Of a stretch of DNA of 64,000 nucleotides, positions 51,431 to 64,000 are shown piece after piece. The stretch lies in the NCBI RefSeq assembly GCF_009834535.1, contig NC_045721.1:6758001-6822000 (forward strand), written 5' to 3'. Both the position numbers and the translations under genes were made by a program. The stretch's first letter is position 1. Every line of letters begins with the position of its first letter. The notes under the pieces were generated by a model. It was not told the origin of the DNA. It ran no database searches and saw only the letters and a program-made list of their open reading frames with translations. The DNA is from Camelus ferus. Lineage: Eukaryota.

Positions 51431-52059
51431 CCTTTGTTGCTGTTGGGAGCAGAGATCTCTCCCTGAAGCACTCCCTTCTCCATGGCGCCCACCTCCCTGG
51501 TGCTGACACGCCACCCCAGCTCCCTGCTCTGGGCTCTGTTACTCTCAGCTGATCCTGAGGTTGAGTTGAGGGGTGGCAGGTGTTGTTCCAGGGGTCGTCT
51601 CCAGTGCTATTCTAGCTAATGTCTAATCTCACTTCAGCAGTCACCACGCTGGGACAGAGAAGGACATCATGCTGTCCCCTCGGTGTTAGGATGACTTATT
51701 AAACCACAAACAGTGGGCTTGGACATGCATTTCTTTTCTTTCTTTTTTTAAATTGTGGTATTACTCCTGTTGTTTAATGCGGCTTCTCTGATTTAGACAG
51801 CAGTTGTATACGGCTTCTCTGAAGGATTAGGTCACAAAATGCTTTAATTAATCCCACACAACATCCCTCTCAAATCATTTCTCAACTGATATACAAGATA
51901 AGATCACAAGATCTTAAGATCTTGAGCTATTCAAGATCAGAAGATACACAACAACTTTATTTTCCCTTGAAGTGATTTTCTCACTAATAAACTTCCCAAG
52001 AGTTTAAAAGACTGTCACTACCTACAATTATTCCATTATTCCAGTTTTGGCATTGGTTA

Positions 52060-52310
52060 CTCACCACAGTATACCCTTAACTGTCTCTCCCATTAGGCTT
52101 TTCGGTCTGTGTGCAAGGAGTACCTTCCACAGTTCACCCTGACAATGCCCGATTCCAGCAGAATAACCCTTTCCCTCACCCCTGGGATCTAGACATACAT
52201 ACTCATATGAATTTGCTCAGTTCAGTTTTCATGTTCATAAGAATCAAGGCCTTAAAGGACAGTTGCTAGAACTTTGTAAACAACCTCAATAAATGTTGGA
52301 GGAATGAATG
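52060..52310 (+). mobile_element. L2 3' end fragment
   Basis: Ends aaacaacctcaataaatgttggaggaatgaatgaa. Confidence 0.55.
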
Positions 52311-54527
52311 AAGTCAATGAACAGTGCCCAATGAAAAGCAATCAGCACGTGAAAGCCTGAAACATTATTCCTCACAATGCTCTTAGAAGTGGAGTTGGAA
52401 TTTCTGAAAACCAGGAGCACCATTTCATATCCCCTTTGCTCCCTTTCCAAGTTCACCACATACTCTGTCCCTGTCTACATACACACTCCACCCCATTTGC
52501 GTAAATCAAGTAGATCCTGGTCCCGAACCTTTCAGGGAGAAATGGTCCCCACTGGCCAAATCAGGTGGGACAGGATCCCATGTGTGCCCAGAACCCCTGC
52601 CTCTTTCACAGACTGGTCACAATAATCAATGCTGCTGTGACGTGCAAGGAACAAGTTAGATATCGATGCCATGGCTCAGTGAACAGAAGCAGGTGTTCAC
52701 CCTCAAATGTGTAAACCCATTTAGCAGCCATACCTGGCTGCCTCAGCTAGAGTTAAGTCCCTGACAGGTTAAAAGGATGCCTCACGTGTGTGCCTGTTTC
52801 TCCTGAGGGAGATAAGGTTAGGGCACTGTAGGAGGGGAAATGGAGTCCTTGGGGGTTTCATTTACAAGCTGTTGTCTAAAAATTTAACATCTGGACATGC
52901 TGTGCTGGGTGGCATCCTCATCCCTTTGTGTTCAGACGCTGGTCCTCCTCCCTCCCTTTGCCCGTGAGCCCCCACCTTCACGGCTGTCTGACTTGGGTGG
53001 GAAATAACCATCTTCTTTCCCAAAGGCCCGTTAAAAATCAGTAATGTAAGGGATCAGTCAGGCCAGCCTGCCGGCCCCTCATTCTTTATGAATCATCTGG
53101 CAATTTTTTAGTTTGACAATTGCACCTCATATATTTTAATATTGGTTTTCAAAGAAGAAAGCGGAGAACTTCCATTTCTTTACAGCTCCCTGTAATTTCA
53201 ACTTGCTCTTTACTTATGTATGAAGTCGACTTGGGTGGAAAGGTTAGAGGCAGATGAATTTCTAGTTTCAGAGCCTGGGAAAGGCCAATAAAATGTGCAA
53301 TAATCTTAATGCTGAGGTTTCACGGAGCTGGATGTGTGCTTTATATTCATGGACGACACTCCTTGAAAATGGTGACAAGGACCTCGTATTTCTAAGGGTC
53401 TTTTTTTTTTTTTTTTTTTTTTTTGCTTGATTTTTCCTAAATCCTAACTCTTGTTTAAATTATTTTTAGATGACTGTGAAAAACAAAACAAAACAAAATG
53501 AAACAAAACAAACAAGAGCTCATCATGATTAAAAAGATCCCTAATATTTTCAGGTCCAACAAGCAACGAATATAAAAGTTTGTTTGATTTTAATCCTCCC
53601 TGGACCAATTGGAAAAAAGCTGACTACTTTTCTAACCCCGCAAATATTTACCAATCTTCCTACCTATAAACTCTGCTTTCCTTAATTTTTATTTATGAAT
53701 CACTTTTTTATTGATTGCTATGCACAATTAAAGGATTGGAGCAAAAATTCCAGAAGGCATAACAGAGGATTAGATATCTCTGTTTTATAGGTGTAAATAA
53801 AACACCATAGGACAATAGTTACTTATTTAAATTCTTACACTTACCACGATAGTGAAATAAAACTTTGTCCCTTCTTTCCTTCTTACTGCCCTCGGAGAAA
53901 ATAAAGCAGAGAATCAGAAAGAAAGGGAAGGAAAAAATAAATAGGATGTCTTTTCAAACAAGAACTTTGGGATTTGAAGCACTATATCATATGTCTACCC
54001 TAAAACCTTCTGTTCCATCCTACTCTAGAAGTTTATGTTCTATTCAGTACCAGCAACTATACTTAGCATTACACTGCAAAGCATCAAAACAATAGCATAT
54101 TTTTATGGAGATTTGTACTTGTCAGAGTACTCTCATTTTCATTATATCAGTTTATCTTAACAACAACCCTTGAATCTTAAGATTCTATAGTTGGAAGGAC
54201 CCTCCTATAGCATTACCTCTAAAATAGTCCTCCAAATTATGATCTAGTCTCTAATTTTGGAGAACTTACTGTATCATGAGACAAAAAATTTCACTTAAAA
54301 AAAAAAGCACTTTTTCTTCCTGTGTAATAAAAAAGTACACTTGTTCATTTTTGAAAGTTTAAAAATTGCAGAATAAACAATGAAATCACTTTTATATCTA
54401 CCACCAAGAATTAATTGCTATTAGTATTTTGGTATACTTCCATGCTGTCTTTCATCTATACAAATATATATGTATATATAATTAGTTGGGAATGAATTAC
54501 TACTGTAACAGTCAACATACGTAAAAC

Positions 54528-55059
54528 TGTTGAGGGGTTCAGAGTGAGCCTCCCCAAAATGTGGCTCTGTTGCCTGAGGATTTTTTTGAGCTAAAGGTGG
54601 TGGAAACCCTGAGCATTCAAAAAAAACTACTGCCCTCCCTTATCTACCTAGAATAATTTAAATTGAGGACTTTTTTCCAGGTAAAAGAGCTATCATCAGA
54701 AATAAACTTTATCAAGAAAAAAAAAGAAATAAACTTTATCTAGGTGGCTCCATCTCTAAGGCAGGGCAGACATCTCATTACCACATATCTGCTCCTCCTG
54801 TCATCCTGGGAGTGACCCTCCCGTCCTTGGAAGCCCCAGCCCCTCTCCCACTCCTTAGCTCAGGAGGGCATACGGACCTCATTTTACCTTTCTGTCTTTG
54901 GACCTCTCGTGGATATGGGGCCTCTAACTCGCTCAAATATGTGGGAGTCTCGTACATAAGTAATAACATTTGATTTTCCCCTGTTAATCTGTTTTATGTC
55001 TAGTTTAGAGCAGTCAGAAGAACCAAGGAGGGTAGAGGGAAGATTTTTTCCCTCCCCAG
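54528..55059 (+). mobile_element. MER34-family ERV1 solo LTR
   Basis: tgttgaggggttcagagtgagcctccccaaaatgtggc...ttttcccctgttaatctgttttatgtc...ttttttccctcccc. Confidence 0.8.
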
Positions 55060-55061
55060 CC

Positions 55062-55340
55062 TTGTGTTTTTTGATCCTCAAGGCTGAAGTTGATCCCTAG
55101 GCAGAACCCCCTTATCCAGTGATTCCTAGGCACTGAGAGGGAGGTGTGAGGACCCAGGGTGAGAGGAGGGGTCAAGGGTGGGGAGCAGGAAGTGTAACGG
55201 TCAAGAGAAGGGGTGGAAACTCAAGGGCCCTGTGGTGTAACTCCTGCCTGTAACCTTCACCCCCCCTTATCTTCAGTGAATTCAGTAAAAACTCATTGAT
55301 TGCTTGGTAGTTGGTGTGAGTGGGTATTTTATGGACACTT
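55062..55340 (+). mobile_element. Old ERVL-type LTR 3' portion (LTR40/LTR33-like)
   Basis: tgtaaccttcacccccccttatcttcagtgaattcagtaaaaactcattgattgcttgg..ttggtgtgagtgggtattttatggacac. Confidence 0.45.
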
Positions 55341-55599
55341 GATAAAAGGATGGAACATTTTATTTGGGGGAATGAAGCCTGTAAATGACATCATCCGTAA
55401 ATGTAGGCAATGGATCAGGAGTGCTCGGGAAGGAGCAGAAAGTTGAGAGGATGGTTTGGATTTCCAGAAATCATGTCTGAAGGGTGCAAATGAAGCTTTA
55501 GCTAGTTCTCTGAGAACCGGTGTGCTCCTGGACGACCTCTGAGTTGTATATGCCTTTACACTATGACTTTATGAAACGCGGTTCAGATGATCTTGTATT

Positions 55600-55950
55600 T
55601 TGCTCTTTGCCTTTCAATTTTGCACAGTATCATATATCTTGTAATTACATACCATTTATAATATGATTTTTAAAGTGTGTCATATTTGGCATGCATTCTG
55701 TATGTGTATGTAGGTATATCACTGATGTGCTCAATTTCCTGTTTTTACTATTTCAAACAATGTAATGAACATTCCTGTACCTAACATATAAAAATTTAAC
55801 AGCGTGTCTAATTTTTTGAAAATATCCCTAGATGTGAAATGTTTGGTTTACAGGTTTTTTTTTAAATGTTTTTGATATTTGTTGCCAAGTTTCCAATAAA
55901 AACTCTTATCAATTTACAGTTTCATCAGCTCAGCAGTTTATGAGAGGACC
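55600..55950 (-). mobile_element. L1ME-like fragment
   Basis: tttactatttcaaacaatgtaatgaacattcctgtac...tccctagatgtgaaatgtttgg...atttgttgccaagtttcc. Confidence 0.6.
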
Positions 55951-56929
55951 CAGCACCTATTCCACAAGTTAAATTTCATCCACCTAATTTCACCTGCTGG
56001 TTGAAACATTTTTTGAATTTTGATCTTGTCTTCCATTGTATTAGCAGTCTTCAGTGAGTTTGGGAATCAAAATACGCATGAGATCTATCTCATTCAAGAC
56101 AACAACTACAAAAACGTTAAGTTAGGCAAAGTACATTAGAGCCTTTGGGAAAACCATCTGAAAATTCCACCCAGAAAAATACTGATTTAACAATACTCTT
56201 TGAATATGATCCATCCATCACTGCCTCATCTATATTTGTACTGTATTTTTATAATCATCATAACCTGTTATAATTACTGATCGCCATTTCTGTCTACATT
56301 ATCATACTGTGATCTACTTACTCACTTGTATATGCCCTCCCCCCACCACCCTGTGAAATAATACCAATTGGTACAACATTCTGAGAGGAAGATGATTTAC
56401 TTTGCCAATATAAACAGGGACCAGATGCCTTAGGAAATGTCTCAGAGAGTAAGTGACGTCTACTGTTGGCTTTGGCAAATCAGTCCAGGCTCCCTGTGTA
56501 GGAAGGGGGCTAAAGGAAATTCCAGGGATAGAGCACATTGTCATTTAACAGCACAGATATAAAGGAGACTGCAGGGAACACACAGAAATGGTTTGGTATA
56601 ACTAAAGCATAGTGTCGGAGGACAGGGAGGAAGAACCTGGAAAGGTAGAACCAGATGCTCTCCTTGGCATTCTCAGGATTAAAGTTGACTGAAATTTTGT
56701 TGGACTAAGCAGAATTCTCTGGTTGATTTTTTTTTTTTTTTGATATCTGGTTGATTTTAATTCAGACTGCATCAGGTTCAAAAGCAGGAGATTCATTTCT
56801 AACTTCTAATGTACCATCAACTAAATGGTAAGAAATGAGGTGAAAGGAAGAGGGAGCTCTCCATGTCTGTTCTGTGTCCTGTCTAGGCTATGTAATCACT
56901 CCGTTGGTTTACTAGTATGATTATCCCAC

Positions 56930-56968
56930 CCTCCCTCCCTCCCTTCCTTCGTTCCTTCCTTCCTTCTT
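56930..56968. repeat. (CCCT)/(CCTT)n simple repeat
   Basis: Direct reading. Confidence 0.85.
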
Positions 56969-59900
56969 AATAGACCAACATTATTTTGGTCCTTCCAGGT
57001 AATGGGACTAGATGAAGAAAGCAGAATTATTTCCCCTATGCCAGCCCCCCATTTGTTTGGGAAATCTTGGACTTTTGTTCCCTATGGCCTCCTTCTCCTC
57101 TTGAAAAATGGGTCTACATTCCTCTTCTGGCTGCTTGAACTGCCAGAATATGATGCTCTGGGAATGATATTTGGGGTGTGCTAAGATTGAGGGTACCAGG
57201 GTGTCCCATAAGAAAGGTTCAGTAATCCAAGTCAGTAGTCTTAAGGGCAGACTGATGACTGTAATCCTACCTGTGCCAGTCTTGTTAGCCAGAGGGGAGG
57301 CTGAAGGGTAGGGGATGGAAATCAGGACTGAGTCAAAGTGGGGTGTAGATACCATCAAGAGTGTCTAGGCAGTCTTAGGAATGGGCATCAGCATTTGAAT
57401 AAGTTCACGTAGGGCTCTGTTCAGCATCTGAGACTGGAGGCCCAGATACAGAACATGGGGCACTGGAAACTGGCATAAACTAGGTGGAAAGAAATGAGTA
57501 GGATGGTCAGTTCCTTAGCCAACTGATCTGCAGTTTCCTGCAAAGTTCTAGTCTTGGTAGGGAACTGAATTTTCCACTGAAACTATGTAAGAGGACATGT
57601 TGGTGGATTGGGACCTAACATAGCAGCCTGGTTCTCATATGGGTGCCCAAGGCTTGGAGCTATGGACTCATCCACTCATGAGAAAGGCTCTCTTGATTTC
57701 TGTCCAGGCTTAGGCATCATTGGTTTGGGGAACTGAGCAGAATGGAGTTAGTGGTAGGCTAATTTGAGATACCTGAGGGGCTGACATCCATTATACCTGG
57801 GGCAAGCGTAGGTTGAATTCCTCAGTGAAGCTTTGCTCCCTATTGTTGTGAATTCTTTTGTGGCAGCATCTGAGGTGAAACACTGCCAAACATTGTGCCA
57901 AGAGGCCTTTCAATGGGTCATAAAAATGCTATAAAAACATGAAAATTGCTGCCATAAAAAAAAAGAGTTATAGCAAAACAGGGAACCTACTAAATTCAGA
58001 AGCTAAGAAATACTGAGAAATAAAGCCGTTCTACCTATTCCAAGAAGTATGTGGGTACGGCCCCCCACACAATTTTCACACATAAGAATTATTTGTGGTT
58101 CTCATATACTTTAGAAAATCTCTCAGCATTCTGCCATTAAGTATGTGGTCACCTGGCTCTCCTGGGAATTCATTCTTCACTGGAGTCCCTTCTTCATTTT
58201 GTTGGCTAAATTGTGTGAGAATTTCTTCTGCTCTGTTTCTCCTTAGAAAGGACCCATTTCACAGGAAAGGGTGTTTATATTCCTTTGATGCTTGGGAGAA
58301 ATGATACTACAGAATAAGCATAGTTCATCCTGAAGTCATCAACTGACAATAAATAAAAAGTTTATTTGAGATATCCCTTACTAATAAATCTGAGGATCAA
58401 ACTTCTTTCCCAAAAACTACACCTTGGCTTTTATTTCCAGTGTTTGTTTTTCCGATAAAATTTCCGGATATACATTAGCACTGGTAATTTGGGGTAAAGC
58501 GTGCAGAGGGAATTCATTTTCCATATGCCTTTTATGCAGATGTGGCTATATTGAGATACAGTAAGTACTATTCATATCTCTGTTACAAAATTCTGAACAG
58601 GCTTAAGCAATAGTCATAAACACATTAAATAACACCATCCCAAGCACTTAGATCCTCTGTCTGCCAGCTGAGTGAACCCCTTCTATGTGTCATTTTGATG
58701 TAATGCACTCCCATTTCTGCTGTTATTAGATGCAAAGTACTTGAAAAGATGCTAGGTTGAATTGAAATCTGATTACATCTGGGTTTGGGTTTTTGAGATA
58801 TTGCCTGTTTTCCTAAGATACACTGTTCTGTTTTCTTTTTAATTTCACAAATATGTGCTGACATTCCCACCCTTTCTTTTCTATCTTCTCTTCTCTGCAT
58901 TCATGGATCGTATGGGATTTCTGATTCTTATTTTAAAATGTAATCAAGATATAGAAATGATGAAGCAGTATATCAGAGACTCCAACACAGAGAAAGCAAG
59001 AAATAAAGGGAAAGATAGGAAAAGAAAGGGGGGGGGGGAATGTTTAGCCTTTGATATGATTATAGATGAATGATCTGCTGCACAGTGGAGTAAAGTCCAG
59101 AGTACCTTCATTTGTACTTCATTAAATTATAAATCTGTAGATCATTTAAGAGCATCTCTATAATCATAAATCATTTCTTATAGTGTTTGTTTTTCCTATA
59201 CAAGCACCTTTCATAGGGGAAACTCAAATCAGTAGGAACACATTTGATTACTTCTCACAACTGCCTTATGGCTTTGAAGACAAGGAAGATGTGGTAGTTC
59301 AGTATGGATCGCCTAAGCTGGTGTGCACTGAGGTCATGGGACTCTTTCACAGTTATTCTTAGACCTTCTCTCTGAAAAGTCACATCCACTTATGAATACT
59401 GTATCACAACCAAAAGGTGAGCATTTATCAGGATAATTTTCTTTATTGTGTCTTCCAAAATGATCAAATCATACCAATTCATTTATGTGAAATTTCAATT
59501 CCTTGAATGAGCCTCCAAGGATAACACAGAGCAGCTGTGTCTTAGCCAGTACAGGGATGGCCCCTTCTCTGTAGAGGATCACAGTTTGAAGGGAACAGCA
59601 CTGTGAAATGTGTGCCACACAAGGAAAGTGCAAAGCTAGTGTAACTTAGCACCAAGACAGACCCTATCAGGAAGCATGACCTTGGTTAATCAGGCGCTGT
59701 GGAGAGTTAGTCTCAGAACCTCTGTCTTCTCCAAGTTCCAGAGTTAATTGGACCCAATGAGACACATTCAGCCAAATTTACAGGGAATATATGTGTAAAC
59801 CATAGTGCCAGGGATTTCTGTAAAATAGGGATGGTACTTTCTAGAGTCTGTAGCATTCATGATTTCTAGCCAATCACTTTCCTGATTTTTTGTATGGGAA

Positions 59901-60039
59901 ACTAAATAGTCAATTAGAAATTAAGTTGGTGAGCCTGGATATAGAGTAAAGAGAGATGGATAATGTTTAAGAGATTTGAGTGTCCTAAAACACAAGGCTA
60001 CACATTTGCAAACAGTCTCGTTTTACATCCACAGATAGC

Positions 60040-60915
60040 CAGTCTCGTCCATGAACACTGATGTGCGCTACATTAGGTCTCCTCTCCACCACCCACACTC
60101 CATTACTTGAAGGACTCCATATCCTGCCAACATAGCGTCTACCTAGTAAATCCTTCCTCACACAACCAGCTAGGTTGTATAGTCATCAAGTCCTGGCTCA
60201 TCTTGAAAACACAAGAATTCCAGTACTTTTCACCTTATTTCTGTTTCTGATCATCTCACACTGGAAGATTTTAATGATATCCTAATAGATTGCCCTGCAT
60301 TCAATCTCTCCTGGGGCTCATGAACTTCCCAGATAACTCGGCATATTGACACCTAATCAGTTTCCCCAAATAATAGACTTCACTCAGTTATTGACCTCCT
60401 TTAAATGTTGATAATTCTCCATTTTATGAAGTCCAGATTCCTCAGCTTGGTCTCAAAAATCTACACCCAATCCACCTATCAAACATTGCTTGCCATGGTT
60501 CTCCAACTAAAAAAACAACCCTCTGTTCTGTTGGTCTTCCGTCATTCTGTTTTCACTTTATTCCTTTCTTGATAATATTAGTCTCACTTTATTATTATTT
60601 TTTTAAACCACTGTATGTCCAGTCCTACTCAGTAGTTAAGACTAGATTAAGTGTCATTGTTAGTTAACTCCCTTTTCTGACTTTCTGTGTCATGTTAGGA
60701 GCACTTGTGCTTGTTCAGAATGTTTATTTAGAATACTAGAAACTAGGATACAATTCCTACGTGATTTATAGTCTACTTAATTTATACCAAATTAGTATGA
60801 CTAGTACTAACTTGGTATAAAACTAGAATACAATTCCTAGGAGATTTACAGTCTACTTGGTTTGTACCAAATTAGTATGGCTGCAGCAATGAATACATTT
60901 TATTGATAAATCATG
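60040..60915 (+). mobile_element. L2 3' portion containing a local duplication
   Basis: agattttaatgatatcctaatagattgccctgcattcaatctctcc...gaagtccagattcctcagcttgg...gtccagtcctactc; degenerate L2 terminus. Confidence 0.65.
60740..60882. repeat. 63-bp direct duplication with a 17-bp inverted spacer
   Basis: Copies 60740-60802 and 60820-60882 are 55/63 identical; hairpin arms 60781-60797 and 60805-60821 are 16/17 complementary. Confidence 0.95.
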
Positions 60916-61499
60916 ACAAATATACTTTAAAAATCTCTCCCATTTGCCTTAGCTGGTGCTGGCTGTCCTGTGTGATAAAACTCAAGGAAGAAGAATTGAC
61001 TTTGTCATTTTGTGTCATTCCACAGACACTTAATAGTTTACTAATTGATTTGCAATGACAAGTATGATGAGAAGGACCCCTCTCTGCCTTAAAAACAAAA
61101 AGCAAACCAAAGAATCCCCCTCCCCCCCACAAAACAGAAAGGAATTTAGAAAACAAAGGTGGCAAGAATTTATCTCACTATTTTCTGATTTGCGACACTA
61201 TACCTGCATTGGGCTGTAACCCGTGCTGACTCCTCTCTTCATCCAGTGCGTGCTTTTCTCTTATGTCTCCTGACAGGTCTAATCTAGCTGACCTTCTCTG
61301 TCTTGTCCAAGAGCACTGTCCTACCAGGCACAGGCCAAATGCTTCAGGATTTTCTCCCCAACCTCCTTACCCAGCTGCAGTCTGAGAACTGAGTAGCAGA
61401 CAAGAAAAGGGCTCATGGTGGTTGAATTTCAGTAAGCTGACACAGGCATTTTTCCATATTTGGAGATTACCTGGTGAAGAAGACACTATGCAGAGTAAC

Positions 61500-61935
61500 T
61501 GGTCTTAATGAGTGACAGTTTGGTGCAGCAGAACATTGTATGGTTTTGAAACCACTCGGAAGAATTTTAAACGTCAGCTCCATCACAGCCTATGTGACCT
61601 TGAACATGTTATTTAGATGGACTGATCCTTTATGTCCTTACAGTTTATAGAGGAGCAGAGAAAAAAATTGATTTAATGGATTTACTAATGTCAGTATGAG
61701 GCAAGCATACTATAAGGGCTAAAGTTGTAGTTTTGAAAACAAAAATCTTGTGTATGATCATGACTCGACTACTAATTTGAGTTCTGCCAACTTCCCTACT
61801 AGTTAAATGGGGACTAATCATAGCAAATCTTCTAGGATTGTTGAAACCACTAAATGAGTTACTGTATATAAAATGCATGGAATAGTTCCTGCCATATGGT
61901 AAGTGGGTAAATACTCAGTAAGGGTCAGATATTAG
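61500..61935 (+). mobile_element. MIR fragments
   Basis: ctatgtgaccttgaacatgtta; aaatggggactaatcatagcaaatcttctaggattgttg...gaatagttcctgccatatggtaagtg. Confidence 0.7.
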
Positions 61936-62195
61936 TATGGAGAGCGCTAAGTGAATTAGCATACATGAAGTGTCTGCTGTCGTGTCTGGAAAATTGCAAA
62001 GCTCTACAAATAGTATCCTTCTTCCCTCTGTGGCCATAAATATACTCTTTCCTCCCACTGCTTTTACAGTCTGAATCTGGGAACTTACAAAATCAGGCTT
62101 CCATTTCCTGAAGTGAACCACCAGGCTTCCTGCCCCTCATTCCTCTGATTCTCAAATTTGGGGTCCCTGTGCCTAACTGGACACCCAGCCCCCAT

Positions 62196-63224
62196 GCACA
62201 GTGGATCTAGGTTTTGTATAACCTGAAACTCATACAATTTTGAGAAAAGACTCCAAAATTACGAATACAAAATTGAGTGCAAAAATGAACATTTATTAAG
62301 AGAAAGCTATGGAAATAAATTACATATTTAATGTATGATAAATAGCACAATCATCAGAAAATTCAGAAAAATGGCATAATTTTTATTAATTAACTGCTTG
62401 ACACCTCTAAACTCTTTCATCCTACATGTTTTCATGACACATTCTCTGAAAGCCCCTTCTTATATGGATTTTTAAATATAATTTGCTAAAGAAAAACAGA
62501 TAATTGAATTATGACTGACTAAATGTGTTATGTTCTAATGACTGGTAGTTTAAAAGAGCGTCAGCTTTACAATTCATTGATAAAGTCATACAAAATTTTA
62601 GAATGTTGTCAACTTTTAGGACCTTATTCAAGTTTTTTCTTATATAAGCTGTATAGTTTGGAGAATTTTGCCAAAGATTGGCTTCTGGCTTCATGCATTG
62701 CACATTTTGTTTTTGCTCCACTGTCTACATCCTTTGGTACCAGACACATGGTTACCTTACATGGCTAAACAACCCATGGTTATGCACTTTAATGTGATGG
62801 CTTCTGGTGACTAGCCAAGTGGATGGTTGGGGTATTTCTGAAGGATATTTCTATGCTGGAATGATGGTAAAAAATTTATCTGTCCATGAGAGTTATCTAT
62901 AAGCCATATGTGTGTGTGTGTGTGTGTGTATATCACTAAAAGCAAACTAAATATATTCCTAAATTAAATCCCACTTAGATAAATCCCCAAAATGCTCTGA
63001 GCCATTCTTTGGCCACTTGATACAAAGTGAAGTATGATGGAAATGAAATTGAGTAGAAATGTAGAGTAGTCTGTGCCAATTATTTATAAAATATCATGTT
63101 TTTGATATTACACAAACACATAGGACCAGGTATAACATTATTAGACTCCTCTGATTTTTAGGAGGAGCCTGTGCATGTCAGAGTTCCTGAGGGTAAGTTA
63201 CATTAGCTTCACCATAAACCTCTG
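62196..63224 (-). mobile_element. hAT-Tip100 (Zaphod/MER115-like) internally deleted DNA transposon
   Basis: Ends gtggatctaggttttgt...aaaattacgaatacaaaatt and cattagcttcaccataaacctctg. The minus-strand ORF 62509-62721 (ILKFCMTLSMNCKAD) resembles the hAT C-terminal dimerisation motif IL..Y.TLP.T.C.AER.FS. Confidence 0.78.
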
Positions 63225-63299
63225 GAGTCAGCTTCTTTAGTCAAGTGTAATTGAATAAGTCAAAGTCCTGTGTCAGCGTTGTATGAAAACACAATTAGT

Positions 63300-63760
63300 G
63301 ATCTTCCCTTCACTTGACTTAATTTCCCCATTTCTCCAGGGCTAGTCAACCCCTCTTCTCTCTTTGTTCTTCAAACTTTCTCTTTCCTGGCTGTTTTCTC
63401 TTAAGACTAAAAATAGATTCGAGACTTTCCCATTACAAAAACAGTGTTAAACCCTACCTCTCCACCATTGCCTTATCTCATAATCAAAATCCAGTCTTAT
63501 CTTTTTTCCTGCACACTACAGTTCTCGTAAAAGATATTACAGCTACTGTCCATCCTCTTACACGTTTATTCTTACCTCAATCTACTGCACTTTGGCTTCT
63601 TCCTCTGTAATTGACTGAAAATATCTGTTTAGTGATAACCTATGACCTACTTGTTAAATTCAAACGCCCTTTCATTTCTCCATCTGTATGACATCAACAT
63701 GGCATTTTGATTGTGTGTCTCATTTGGAATTTTGAAACTTCATAATTATACTAATACTAT
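63300..63760 (+). mobile_element. L2 ORF2 fragment
   Basis: ctccatctgtatgacatcaacatggcattttgattg resembles the L2 LDLSAAFD block; upstream tcaatctactgcactttggcttc. Confidence 0.6.
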
Positions 63761-64000
63761 CTGGTTAAATATACACATACATATATTCTATAAGAATATA
63801 TCTATATATGTCTATATGAAAGTTCATCTCTGAGCATGTGACCCACTGAAATTGCATATATGAAGTTCCTGGATCTGAACTCGTCCCAGCCTGGCTTATT
63901 CTGCTGCCTGCTGAGATCTAAGTTCTTGTTGTGACATTTCCCTCATTGAGAGGCTGTAAATAACATTTTCAGACCACATATGGGGCACTGTGAGAACTGA

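Noticed and set aside
57008-57358. 116-aa minus-strand ORF
   Set aside because: No recognisable retroviral or host motif.
1-64000. CRISPR array, prokaryotic operon, NUMT, rRNA, or U6/Y-RNA pseudogene
   Set aside because: No spaced direct-repeat array or recognisable sequence of these classes was seen; the window is mammalian repeat-rich DNA.

Overview
Mammalian nuclear DNA, most likely camelid (camel, llama or alpaca). The evidence is a camelid-type tRNA-derived SINE at 27297-27380, cetartiodactyl-type L1 3' ends, and no ruminant Bov, pig PRE or whale CHR SINEs seen. The window is AT-rich and looks intronic or intergenic. I recognise no host protein-coding exon, RNA gene, CpG island or NUMT. 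A large part is fossil transposable elements: L1, L2, MIR, MaLR/ERVL/ERV1 LTRs, hAT elements and a nearly full-length dead Tigger1. All five N-runs lie inside the Tigger1, and their lengths match the missing Tigger1 sequence, so they look like masking rather than gaps. The ORF track is almost entirely chance or repeat-derived. The exceptions are Tigger1 transposase remnants and a hAT C-terminal domain remnant at 62509-62721. I found no convincing new biological system. The best leads are a direct duplication with an inverted templated spacer (60740-60882) and a stop-poor 1 kb minus-strand frame with weak parvovirus-capsid-like motif order (12550-13602). Weaker leads are a C/D-box-like motif set (17951-18022) and several splice-site-bounded exon candidates. 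Repeat family names and consensus comparisons come from memory and need RepeatMasker/Dfam confirmation.
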